Below are positions 41,515 to 51,658 of a DNA stretch of 64,000 bases, piece by piece (the first letter of the stretch is position 1; each line of letters starts with the position of its first letter). The DNA is taken from NCBI GenBank assembly GCA_013150955.1, contig JAADJD010000005.1, forward strand, positions 31,096-95,095. The letters run 5' to 3'. The notes beneath the pieces are model-generated. The model was not told the origin of the DNA. It saw nothing but the letters and a program-made list of their open reading frames with translations, and searched no databases. The stretch is from Calditrichota bacterium. GTDB lineage: Bacteria > Calditrichota > Calditrichia > RBG-13-44-9 > J042. Both the position numbers and the translations under genes were made by a program.

Positions 41515-43599
41515 ATGCCTGAGTTGATACCCACCCGCGAAATCTTTCGACATTTCCCCACGTGGGCTCAGTTGCTGTTTTATGCCATTGCTTTTGGCGG
41601 CACGCTGATCTTTTTCTACGGTGTGTATTCCCGCATTCAGAAATATCGTCAGGGTCGCCCGGAAAACCGATTCGACAATTTGCCCGGACGATTTGTCCAG
41701 GCCCTGACCACCGTTTTGCGAAATAAAACTATTTATCGGGGGGATCCCTTTGCCGGATTTGCCCACAGTCTCATCCTGTGGGGCTTCATTGTCCTGTTCA
41801 TTGGAACGGTGATTGTGTTCATCGATCACGACATCCTGCGGCTGCTGGGGTACCGCTTGCTTCAGGGAACGTTCTATCTGTGGTTTTCTCTGATTCTGGA
41901 TATTTTTGGGGTATTATTTCTGGTTGGATTGGTGCTCATGTGGTTTCGTCGCACCCTGGTCATGCCTTTTAAGCTGGACTACAGCCGGGTGGATCGCAAA
42001 GAAGAAGAATACGATCGCCGGGGGTATGCCACCGATGATGCGGTTTTTCTGGGCCTGCTGTTTTTTATCGGAGTTAGTGGTTTCCTGATAGAAGGTTTCC
42101 GCATTTATGCCGATCAACCGGAGTGGGCCAGATGGTCTCCGGTGGGCTGGTTGACGGCGGAATTTCTCAGTTTTATGCGCCTGAGTCCGGCCACCATCAA
42201 TTTCTGGCATGCCACCACCTGGTGGACGCACGCAGTGGCAGTGATGATTTTTCTGGCCTACATTCCGTTTTCCAAAGCCATGCACATGTTCACCGATTTT
42301 GCCAATCTAATGTTTCGGGATGAAAACGTGCCCCGGCGGTTGCCCGGTATCACCGAGGCGCAAATGAAAGAAGGCATGGGCTACAAAAAAATTACCGATT
42401 TTACCTGGAAGGAATTGCTGGACCTGGATGCCTGCACCAAGTGTGGGCGTTGCCACGAAGCCTGCCCGGCCCGAAGTGCAGGACAACCCCTTTCCCCGCG
42501 GGATTTGATCCTGGATCTGCGCACCTTTGCCGATGCGACCTTCGGCACCAGCGAATGGTTTACTCAGAAGGTTAACGGGTGGGATACCCGCACCGCCGTC
42601 GTCGCCGGAGATGTGATTAAAGCCGAAACCCTGTGGTCCTGTACCACCTGCATGGCCTGTGTGGAGAGTTGTCCCGTGGGCATCGAACATCTGCTTCACA
42701 TCGTGCAGATGCGCCGCACGCTGGTGGACGAAGGTAACATGGATGATTCCCTGCAGGAAGCCCTGATGAACATCGGCGATTATGGTAATTCCTTCGGGCA
42801 ACCTGAACGCGCCCGCGGTAAATGGACTCAGGGACTGGATTTTAAAATTAAGGATGCCCGCAAAGAGGAAGTGGAATATTTGTGGTTCGTTGGAGATTAT
42901 GCCTCATTCGATCCCCGTATTCAGGAAAATTCCAGAACCGTGGCCCGTATTTTCAATAAATTGGGCATCGATTTTGGCATCCTGTATGACGGGGAGAAAA
43001 ACGCGGGCAATGATGTGCGTCGGGTGGGAGAAGAAGGGTTGTATGAAATGCTGGTGGAAGACAATATGGCCGTTTTGCAAAAAGCCAGATTTAAAAAGAT
43101 TGTGACCACCGATCCGCATTCCTACAACACCCTGAAGAATGAATATCCCGAATTTGGGCTGGAAGCGCCCGTTTTTCACTACACGCAGGTGCTGGCCCAG
43201 TTGATTGACGAGGGAAAATTGCGGTTTAATAAGAAGTTGAATTACAAAGTCACCTACCACGATCCCTGCTACCTGGGACGCTATAATCGGGAAACCGAAG
43301 CACCGCGGAAGATTTTGCAGGCATTGGGGGTGGAATTTAAGGAAATGCCCCGTTGTGGTACCAATACCTTCTGTTGTGGGGCCGGGGGTGGTCGCATCTG
43401 GATGGATGATTCCAATATCCAGGAACGCCCCAGCGAGCAACGGATTAGAGAAGCCCTGGCGCTGGGAGAGCTGGATTATTTCGTTGTAGCCTGTCCCAAG
43501 GATTATGCCATGTATTCCGATGCGGTGAAGACCTCGGGAAATGAGGGGAAGATTGAGGTAAAGGACATTATTCAACTGGTGGAGGAAGCGTTGAGTTAA
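41515..43599 (+). CDS. Membrane-bound Fe-S oxidoreductase (N-terminal ~5-TM His-containing cytochrome-b-like anchor fused to HdrD/GlpC-like 2x[4Fe-4S] and CCG domains); candidate Etf:menaquinone oxidoreductase
   Basis: Hydrophobic N-terminal 280 aa with conserved His; CTKCGRCHEACP and CTTCMACVESCP; CCG motifs CYLGRYNRE and CGTNTFCCGAGGG. Confidence 0.85.
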   Translation: MPELIPTREIFRHFPTWAQLLFYAIAFGGTLIFFYGVYSRIQKYRQGRPENRFDNLPGRFVQALTTVLRNKTIYRGDPFAGFAHSLILWGFIVLFIGTVIVFIDHDILRLLGYRLLQGTFYLWFSLILDIFGVLFLVGLVLMWFRRTLVMPFKLDYSRVDRKEEEYDRRGYATDDAVFLGLLFFIGVSGFLIEGFRIYADQPEWARWSPVGWLTAEFLSFMRLSPATINFWHATTWWTHAVAVMIFLAYIPFSKAMHMFTDFANLMFRDENVPRRLPGITEAQMKEGMGYKKITDFTWKELLDLDACTKCGRCHEACPARSAGQPLSPRDLILDLRTFADATFGTSEWFTQKVNGWDTRTAVVAGDVIKAETLWSCTTCMACVESCPVGIEHLLHIVQMRRTLVDEGNMDDSLQEALMNIGDYGNSFGQPERARGKWTQGLDFKIKDARKEEVEYLWFVGDYASFDPRIQENSRTVARIFNKLGIDFGILYDGEKNAGNDVRRVGEEGLYEMLVEDNMAVLQKARFKKIVTTDPHSYNTLKNEYPEFGLEAPVFHYTQVLAQLIDEGKLRFNKKLNYKVTYHDPCYLGRYNRETEAPRKILQALGVEFKEMPRCGTNTFCCGAGGGRIWMDDSNIQERPSEQRIREALALGELDYFVVACPKDYAMYSDAVKTSGNEGKIEVKDIIQLVEEALS

Positions 43600-45995
43600 A
43601 CCCGGATTGTGCATGAGAACCCCAAATGACACGAATGAACACAAATAAACCCAGATTATGCAGTAGACCACGAATTACACGAATTAACACAAATAAAACC
43701 AATAAAATGTATTAGATTATGTATGGATGAAAATGTGGTCTAGGGTTTATTCACGATTTTGTAGATATTTTTTGGTTTCATTCGTGTGATTCGCGGTTTA
43801 GTGCATGATTTGGGATAATAAACAGGCGGATCACCACCCCACAAAATCCCCCCAAATCCGCAATCCGCAATCCCAAATCCGAAATCCGACATCCGCAATC
43901 CGAAATCCAGCATCGTTTCCGGTTGCCCTACAGGCAACGTGGGCAGTTAGGGTGGTGACGTATGGACCCCCACGCGCTGCGTGGGGCTACCCTCTTTTTG
44001 CCCTTCGGGCAAATGGTCTCCAGAGAAAATCCCGCAAAATCATTTCACCCGGATGACACCCACTACCATGAACCCGAACCACCACCACGCAAAATCCCCC
44101 CAAATCCGACATCCGACATCCGCAATCCGAAATCCACCATCCTTTCCGCCCCGAAGGGGCAGCATATGGTAACCCGGGGCACCGCCCCGGGAGTCAGAGA
44201 AGCTTACCAGGAAGAACCCCTGCGCCCTTTAAGGGCACAATAAACCCAGATTATGCGATAGCCTACGAATTACACGAATTAACACAAATAAAACCAATAA
44301 AATGCATTGGATTGTGTATGATTGGATTGTGTATGGATGAAAATGTGGTCCAGGGTTTCTTCGCAATTTTGTAGATATTTTTGGTTTTATTCGTGTGATT
44401 CGCGGTTTAATGCATGATTTGGGATAATAAACAGGCGAACCACCACCCCACAAAATCCCCCCAAATCCACAATCCGAAATCCGCAATCCGAAATCCGAAA
44501 TTTTCCGGTTGCCCTACAGGCAACGTGGGGAGTTAGGGTGGTGCCGTGTGGTCCCCACGCGCTGCGTGGGGCTACCCTCTTTTTGCCCTTCGGGCAAATG
44601 GCCTCCCACGGAAAATCCCGCAAATTCATTTCACCCGGATGACGTCCACTACCCTGAACCCAAACCATCACCACGCAAACTCACCCATCACCCCCCAAAT
44701 CCGCAATCCGCAATCCGAAATTCGAAATCCGCAATCCGAAATCCACCATCCTTTCCGCCCCGAAGGGGCAGCATATGGTAACCCGGGGCACCGCCCCGGG
44801 ATCAGAGAAGCTCACCAGAAGAACCCCTGCGCCCTGTAAGGGCACAATAAACCCAGATTATGCGATAGCCTACGAATTACACGAATTAACACAAATAAAA
44901 CCAATAAAATGCATTGGAAATAAAATGCATTGGATTGTGTATGGATGAAAATGTGGTCCAGGGTTTCTTCGCAATTTTGTAGATATTTTTTGGTTTTATT
45001 CGTGTGATTCGCGGTTTAATGCATGATTTGGGATAATAAACAGGCGGATCACCACCCCACAAAATCCCCCCAAATCCCAAATCCGAAATCCGACATCGGC
45101 AATCCGAAATCCAGCATCATTTCCGGTTGCCCTGCAGGCAACGTGAGGGGGTAAGGGTGGCGCCATGTGGTCCCCACGCGCTGCGTGGGGCTACCCTCTT
45201 TTTGCCCTTCGGGCAAATGGCCTCCACGGAAAATCACGCAAATTCATTTCACACGGATGACACCCACCACCGTGAACCCGAACCACCACCCCGCAAAATC
45301 CCCCCAAATCCGAAATCCGCAATCCGAAATTCGAAATCCGCAATCCGAAATCCACCATCCGCAATCCGATATCCACCACCTTTCCGCCCCGAAGGGGCAG
45401 CATATGGTAACCCGGGGCACCGCCCCGGGAGTCAGAGAAGCTCACCAGAAGAATCCATGCGCCCTGTAAGGGCACAATAAACCCAGATTATGCGATAGCC
45501 TACGAATTACACGAATTAACACAAATAAAACCAATAAAATGCATTGGACAATAAAATGCATTGGATTGTGTATGGATGAAAATGTGGTCCAGGGTTTCTT
45601 CGCAATTTTGTAGATATTTTTGGGTTTCATTCGTGTGATTCGCGGTTTATTGCATTGTTTGGGATAAAAAACAGGTGGGCAACCACCCCACAAAATCCCC
45701 CCAAATCCGCAATCCGCCATCCGAAATCCGAAATCCGAAATCCAGCATCGTTTCCGGTTGCCCTACAGGCAACGTGGGGAGTTAGGGTGGCGCCATGGGG
45801 TCCCCACGCGCTGCGTGGGGCTACCCTCTTTTTGCCCTTCGGGCAAATGGCCTCCACGGAAAATCCCGCAAATTCATTTCACCCGGACGACGCCCACTAC
45901 CGTGAACCCAAACCATCAACACGCAAACTCACCCCTCACCCCCCAAATCCGCAATCCGCAATCCGACATCCGAAATCCGAAATCCGCAATCCCCA
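43600..45995. repeat. About 3.9 tandem copies of an ~600-bp composite repeat (MITE-like element, heptamer (N)AATCCG runs, hairpin-rich GC segment)
   Basis: Unit starts (AAACCCAGATTATGC) at ~43647, 44242, 44848, 45478; periods 595, 606, 630 bp; near-identical internal sequence. Confidence 0.9.
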
Positions 45996-45997
45996 AC

Positions 45998-47470
45998 CTA
46001 ATCCCCCTCCGCCAATCTTTCTTCCGCAATCTTCTGGAACACCTTTCGGTTGGGCTTAATCATGTATTCGGTCTTTTCGGGCCAGGGGAAAAAGTGGTCT
46101 GGAATTTTAAATCCAGGCAAAAACGCCCGGAGCAGTTGACGCATCCGGTCCGCATCCAATTCGGGGGCGTCCTCGTTCATTTCCAGAAAGGCAACCGGGC
46201 GCTGCCCGTATTCAGCATGCGGCACCGGCACCACCAGCGCCTGTTTGACACCTGGCAACCGCAGCAACATGGCTTCTATTTCTTCCGGCTGAATATTTTC
46301 CCCTCCCGAAATGAACATGTTATCCTTACGTCCCACCACCTTTAAATATCCATCAATCGTCCAGCGGCCAATATCCCCGGTGTGGAACCAGCCCAACTCG
46401 TCCACCGGACGATCCAGTTGCCCCTCTTTCCAGTATCCTTTAAACAGGGTCGGGCCTTTTACCAGAATTTCGCCATCGGCAGCGATGTGCACTTCCCGGT
46501 ATGGCAGTGGCTTTCCCGCAGTTAACAATTGCTGCAGGGTATCCCCCGGACGCGTGGTGGTTATCTGCGAACCCATCTCCGTGGACCCATAGGTGGTAAA
46601 CAGCGGGGGCCGAAGATCCAGAGCCTGCTGGATGAGGTGCGGCGGTATGGGACCGCCACCTGTCAATATGCATTTAAGCGACGAACGATAGCCCGGCCCG
46701 GGAATCTCCTGCAGAAAACGTTGCAACTGGGTGGCCACCACGGAAAGGTGAGTAATTTGATGGCGCTCGATGATTTCCGGGGTAATGGCGCGGTTTTCCG
46801 GGATGACAATGGCTCCACCCCCCAGCAAGGCCCGAAAAATAATAGCCAATCCCCCTACATGAAACAACGGCAGGCTGAGCAGCCAGCGATCACCCACTTT
46901 GAAGGGGATGTTCTGATTGGCTCCGCGAGCATTGTAATAATGGTTCGCCCAGGTGTGACAGGCCGCTCGCGGTTCACCGGTGGTGCCGGAGGTGAAAATA
47001 AGCGTCAGTTCTGGATCCGGATGATGCCACGCGCCCTCCACAATCGGTTGTTTTCGAGAAGCAAATAACGATTCCAGCTCCATCAGGGGAATTGTCCAGT
47101 CTGGTGGCAGTGCCGATGCCAGTTCGGCTTCAACGATCAGCGCGTGGGCCTGCACGGTGGCCAGATGCATGCGCAAGTTTTCGATGGGGAGCTTTGGATT
47201 CAATGGCGCGGTTAGAATCTCCCGATACCAGCAGGCCATCAGCAGAACCACCAGCTCCCAGCGATTGCGGCACCAGATGGCCAGACGTTTACCCGGGCCA
47301 AGATCCATTTCCTGTAACCGATCGGCAATTTCCCGGATCATCCGTTCGTATTCCGCAAAGGAGATGATCCGGTCAGGCGTTACCAGCGCCGGGGCCTCAG
47401 GCATCTGGCGTGCCCGTTGTTGTAACATGGGAACCATCCCTGATAGATGCAATTTCAACGCCCCCTTCAT
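45998..47470 (-). CDS. menE: O-succinylbenzoate-CoA ligase
   Basis: AMP-binding motif IFTSGTTGEPR; men operon context. Confidence 0.8.
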   Translation of the reverse strand: MKGALKLHLSGMVPMLQQRARQMPEAPALVTPDRIISFAEYERMIREIADRLQEMDLGPGKRLAIWCRNRWELVVLLMACWYREILTAPLNPKLPIENLRMHLATVQAHALIVEAELASALPPDWTIPLMELESLFASRKQPIVEGAWHHPDPELTLIFTSGTTGEPRAACHTWANHYYNARGANQNIPFKVGDRWLLSLPLFHVGGLAIIFRALLGGGAIVIPENRAITPEIIERHQITHLSVVATQLQRFLQEIPGPGYRSSLKCILTGGGPIPPHLIQQALDLRPPLFTTYGSTEMGSQITTTRPGDTLQQLLTAGKPLPYREVHIAADGEILVKGPTLFKGYWKEGQLDRPVDELGWFHTGDIGRWTIDGYLKVVGRKDNMFISGGENIQPEEIEAMLLRLPGVKQALVVPVPHAEYGQRPVAFLEMNEDAPELDADRMRQLLRAFLPGFKIPDHFFPWPEKTEYMIKPNRKVFQKIAEERLAEGD

Positions 47471-48615
47471 ATACCGCTCCTGATTAATGTGAGCATATTT
47501 CGATTAACCTGGTATTGATGGTCGATTACCTCCGTTAAGAAAAACGCGCCGCCCCTGGGCCTGAGAGAGGTTTCCAGAATGTCCTGCTTAAAATACAAAA
47601 AGGTGCTCAGCCCCTGCGGGGACAAATCGTCGATCCAGGCACTGGCCAGTTGTACCAGCGTGGCCAGGGTATACCCGGTGTAAAAAGAGCAGCTCAGGAT
47701 AGGGCGAATGCCCCGTTGTTGTACCCGTTTGATGAGCTGGTAGGTGGTGCTGAGTTCCCCAAAAAACTCCGGTTTAAAAACGATCGCCTGCACACCGGGC
47801 AACAGCATTTTTTCCACATCCCGGGCCTCCCCGATGGATTCATCCAGGGCCACCGGGATACCAGTTGCCTCGTAAAATTGGGGGACCATCCGGGGATCTC
47901 TCAGGGGTTCTTCGATGTACTCGATGTTCAACGGGGCCACGGCTTTTCCGAAGGCAATGGCCGCCTCCAGCTCCCAGCGGCGATTGGCATCCAGCCGCAG
48001 CTGAATCTGATCCCCCAGCGCCGATCGAATGTCCTCCAGCAGGCGAATTTCCTGTCGGAACGGTTTTCGGCCAACCTTGATTTTAATTGCCGGATATCCT
48101 TCTTCCCGGAACGTCATGCAGCGAAAAACCGCCTGTTCATTCAGATCGTTCAACAGGGCGTTTGTCGGTATCCGCAGGTGGGGTTTTCCGTTCCAGATGT
48201 GCGACAGCGGTGTGTCGTGTTGCTGGCACAACAGGTGGAGAAATGCCTGATCCAGTGCAAATCGAATGAGAGGCGAAACGGGCACTTTCCATTTCCAGTG
48301 AATGGGAAACATATCGCTGGTGCGCTGGAAAAGGTTGATATCCCCGCTGTGGATCATCTGCAGCGTCAGCAAAAGCTCCAGGCGAATCTGATAGCCAATC
48401 TGGGGATGAAAGCCAGGCAGATAGGAGACTTCTCCCAGCCCCCGTCGACCCTCGGCATCCTCCAGTTCAATAAAAAATCCATGACGAACTCGCATCCGTT
48501 TAACCGAATATTGCAATTGCCGCAGCAAAGGCAGTCGATACGCATATAGCCGCACGTGTTGAATGGTGGAGCGAGCGATAAACGCCTGTGATCGTGTTGA
48601 ATGGGACGATGGCAT
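47467..48615 (-). CDS. menC: o-succinylbenzoate synthase (enolase superfamily)
   Basis: MR/MLE-family metal-binding region (IKIKVGRK..., DANRRW, IEYIEEPL); operon context. Confidence 0.7.
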   Translation of the reverse strand: MPSSHSTRSQAFIARSTIQHVRLYAYRLPLLRQLQYSVKRMRVRHGFFIELEDAEGRRGLGEVSYLPGFHPQIGYQIRLELLLTLQMIHSGDINLFQRTSDMFPIHWKWKVPVSPLIRFALDQAFLHLLCQQHDTPLSHIWNGKPHLRIPTNALLNDLNEQAVFRCMTFREEGYPAIKIKVGRKPFRQEIRLLEDIRSALGDQIQLRLDANRRWELEAAIAFGKAVAPLNIEYIEEPLRDPRMVPQFYEATGIPVALDESIGEARDVEKMLLPGVQAIVFKPEFFGELSTTYQLIKRVQQRGIRPILSCSFYTGYTLATLVQLASAWIDDLSPQGLSTFLYFKQDILETSLRPRGGAFFLTEVIDHQYQVNRNMLTLIRSGI

Positions 48616-48906
48616 CCGTTACCACCCTTTTCCTATTCTTTGAATGGACTGAGGGCTACCGGGCACCGGGAAGATCCTGATTCCCATTCTCAGAAATCAC
48701 CGCAACCAGTGATTCGCTTCTTTTAAACGGCGGTTATCCGGGTAAAATGCCTGTTCCCGGAACCCTGCCTGAGCGGGTTGTTTCCCGGTGACTCGATTGA
48801 TTGGGCACCTCCTGGATTGGCATAAGGGCCAATCCACACATTGTATGTCAATCCGTTCCGTTTTTATGCCAGGTGAACCGTCTTGAAGGTGAAAAAGATT
48901 TTTTCA

Positions 48907-49818
48907 TCATCCCGGCAGAATCCATCCAATGGAAAACAGGAGACTGTATATGAATACCATTTTTCCAGTGCGTGCAAGGGTTTGATTGAGCACTGCGGGA
49001 TCATTGAAGTTAAAAACGGTCTTGATTTCACCAATTGCCGGGATGAGGATGAGAATAGCCAGGATACTGAAGTAATGGGTGTGCAGGGTCATGGACAGAT
49101 ACACGGGCAGGAAAGCCGCAACCAGGATGCAGAACACATATTCCCACTGGGCAAAATGTTTGCCGAAGCGAACCGCCAGGGTTTTCTTACCCACTTCTCG
49201 ATCGGTGTCGATGTCGCGCAGATTGTTCACCGTGAGCAGGGCGGTGGAGAGGAGTCCGGGCGCCAGGCCTGCAATGGCCACCTCCGGGGTTAGCGTTAGC
49301 GCCTGCACGTAATACGTCCCCCCGACAGCCACCGGGCCAAAGAAAATGAGCACGAAAATATCCCCCAGCCCGTTGTAGCCCAGTGGGTACGGGCCACCGG
49401 TGTACAGAATACCGAACAGTATGGAAAGTAGCCCGATGATCAGGATGGGAATGCCCCCGCGCCAGATGAGATAGGTGCCAATGACAAAGGCCAGGAAAAA
49501 GGTGAATACAAAGGCGCGTTTCATGGTGGTCGGGGCGATCAGTCCAGCCTGAGTCACCCGCAATGGGCCCAGCCGTCCCTGTTGATCCGCCCCTTTCAGA
49601 TAATCGTAATAATCATTGGCCAGGTTGGTGCCAATCTGAATAAGAACGGCACCCACCAGTGCGGCCAGTGCGGCCAGCCAGTGGAATTTCCCGTCGGCAT
49701 AGGCCATTGCGGTTCCCATCAATACCGGGGCAACGGATGCCCACAGCGTTTTGGGACGTGCCGCCAGCCACCAGACTTTCCAGCGGGGTAACGCCGTTTG
49801 TGTATTCACCATTTCCAT
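48907..49818 (-). CDS. menA: 1,4-dihydroxy-2-naphthoate polyprenyltransferase (UbiA family)
   Basis: Polytopic membrane protein with UbiA-family Asp-rich motif NDYYD. Confidence 0.85.
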   Translation of the reverse strand: MEMVNTQTALPRWKVWWLAARPKTLWASVAPVLMGTAMAYADGKFHWLAALAALVGAVLIQIGTNLANDYYDYLKGADQQGRLGPLRVTQAGLIAPTTMKRAFVFTFFLAFVIGTYLIWRGGIPILIIGLLSILFGILYTGGPYPLGYNGLGDIFVLIFFGPVAVGGTYYVQALTLTPEVAIAGLAPGLLSTALLTVNNLRDIDTDREVGKKTLAVRFGKHFAQWEYVFCILVAAFLPVYLSMTLHTHYFSILAILILIPAIGEIKTVFNFNDPAVLNQTLARTGKMVFIYSLLFSIGWILPG

Positions 49819-49935
49819 CGGTCTTCCTGGATCGATTCAAACATACCTCCCGGGGGCTTTCACCACCCGGGAGGATAATTTATCATTCAAAAAGGAATTA
49901 CCCAACAGGTAGCGGTAGATTTTTTCTTTATCGCA

Positions 49936-50757
49936 TCAGGGACGCCGGGGGAACCGGGAAAAATCGGGTTTGCGCTTTTCCAGAAAAGCATTCCGGCCTT
50001 CCTGTCCTTCTTCCGTCTGATAAAAGAGCATGGTGGCACATCCTGCCAGTTCCTGCAATCCCGCCTGCCCATCGCAATCGGCATTCAGCGCCGCCTTCAA
50101 GCAGCGAATGGCGGTAGGGGAGTTGGCCAAAATTTCTTTGGCCCATTTGATGGTTTCTTCTTCCAGCTTTTCCAGAGGCACCACGGTATTTACCAGTCCC
50201 ATTTCCAGCGCTTCCTGAGCGGTATACTGGCGGCACAGGAACCAGATTTCCCGCGCCTTTTTCTGGCCCACCACGCGTGCCAGGTAGCTGGCACCGTACC
50301 CTCCATCGAAGGAGCCGACCCGCGGGCCGGTCTGGCCAAAAATGGCATTGTCAGCAGCGATGGTCAGATCGCACAGCAGGTGCAGGACATGTCCCCCGCC
50401 AATGGCATACCCGGCAACCATGGCGATAACCGGTTTCGGGCAGGTGCGAATTTGCCGCTGAAAATCCAGCACATTTAACCGGTGAATGCCTTTCTCATCC
50501 ACATAACCGGCATCGCCGCGGACTTTTTGATCCCCACCGGAACAAAAGGCCTTGGTGCCTTTCCCGGTCAGAATGATCACCCCAATTTGCTCATCATCGC
50601 GGGCATCGGCCAGCGCCTGGGACATTTCCATTACCGTCAGTGGACGAAACGCATTGCGCACTTCCGGGCGATTGATGGTGATCTTGGCGATTCCCTCTGC
50701 CTTGTGATACTCGATGTCGGTAAATTTTCCGGCTTCTACCCAATTCACAGTACTCAT
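49936..50757 (-). CDS. menB: 1,4-dihydroxy-2-naphthoyl-CoA synthase
   Basis: Crotonase fold; MenB-specific N-terminus ([12 protein letters not shown]) and C-terminal [18 protein letters not shown]. Confidence 0.9.
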   Translation of the reverse strand: MSTVNWVEAGKFTDIEYHKAEGIAKITINRPEVRNAFRPLTVMEMSQALADARDDEQIGVIILTGKGTKAFCSGGDQKVRGDAGYVDEKGIHRLNVLDFQRQIRTCPKPVIAMVAGYAIGGGHVLHLLCDLTIAADNAIFGQTGPRVGSFDGGYGASYLARVVGQKKAREIWFLCRQYTAQEALEMGLVNTVVPLEKLEEETIKWAKEILANSPTAIRCLKAALNADCDGQAGLQELAGCATMLFYQTEEGQEGRNAFLEKRKPDFSRFPRRP

Positions 50758-50797
50758 GTGTTCCTCCTATGATTGCTTATGTGTTTGTTGTATGATT

Positions 50798-51643
50798 TTA
50801 TTCGAGGGGGTGGTGTAAAAAGTCCAGGATTGCCTGTACAAAGGCGTCGGGATTTTCTCGGTGTATGTTGTGTCCACATCCAGCAATGACCTTTACGCTG
50901 CATTTAGGTGCCATCCTGACCATTTCCTCCGAAATGGCTCTAAATTTAGGGTCTTTTTCGCCGGTCAACAATAATAAAGGTTTTTTCAATGTGGGGAGGT
51001 GTTCCCACAGGGAAGGCTGCACCCCGGTGCCCATGCCCCGTAACACGTGAGCCAGCCATTCCGGACGGTTGTTCAGGCGCTGGCGGAAAAGGGCATCGAA
51101 TGATGGATGGTGTTTCAGCGTGCGGAAGAGGGGCTGGTTGTACCATTTTTCCAGAAAGCGAGGGAAGGGTTCCCGTTCCAGCTGGCGGGCCCAGTGCTCA
51201 TCCCACTGGCGGCGCTGGTGCCGTTCCGATGCGGTTCGCAGCCCCGGGGAGGCCGATTCCAGGACGATGGCCCGAAACAGATCGGGATAATGCACGGCCA
51301 GGTACAGTGCCAGACGCCCGCCCAGGGAGTATCCGATCAACACCACCGGGCTTTCAGAAGCGGTGCCAATCCATTGAGCCAGGGCCGCTGCCACACGGGG
51401 CATGGTAAAACAACGAGCATGGCCCGCTGGTGTGACCTCGGTTTTCCCGTGACCGGGTAAATCCACCGCCAGCGTGCGGTACCTTTCGGGAAGGCGTTTG
51501 ATCACATCTTCCCAGTCCAGATGACTTCCCAGAAAGCCATGAAAGAAGACCAGTGTGGGGTGGTGCGATCGTCCCTTTTCTCGAATGAAGAATCGATATC
51601 CACAGGGCGGTTGTTCGATAAGGGTGACGGATTCGGTTGCCAT
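50798..51643 (-). CDS. menH: SHCHC synthase (alpha/beta hydrolase)
   Basis: LVFFHGFLGS and GYSLGG nucleophile elbow; operon context. Confidence 0.75.
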   Translation of the reverse strand: MATESVTLIEQPPCGYRFFIREKGRSHHPTLVFFHGFLGSHLDWEDVIKRLPERYRTLAVDLPGHGKTEVTPAGHARCFTMPRVAAALAQWIGTASESPVVLIGYSLGGRLALYLAVHYPDLFRAIVLESASPGLRTASERHQRRQWDEHWARQLEREPFPRFLEKWYNQPLFRTLKHHPSFDALFRQRLNNRPEWLAHVLRGMGTGVQPSLWEHLPTLKKPLLLLTGEKDPKFRAISEEMVRMAPKCSVKVIAGCGHNIHRENPDAFVQAILDFLHHPLE

Positions 51644-51658
51644 GCTTATTCCGTGTTT

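Noticed and set aside
43600-46000. Possible CRISPR array, given regularly repeated sequence
   Set aside because: The repeat period is ~600 bp with near-identical 'spacers'; there are no 25-40-bp direct repeats separated by unique spacers and no cas genes.
43805-46059. Numerous 60-200-aa ORFs on both strands across the tandem array (e.g. 43805-44056, 44509-44781, 45127-45480, 45655-46059), some with repetitive PQIRNPQSEIRN-like sequence
   Set aside because: They are translations of the 7-nt microsatellite and of GC hairpins. They lack SD or start context, overlap each other on both strands, and recur identically because the DNA is repeated. I treat them as non-coding.
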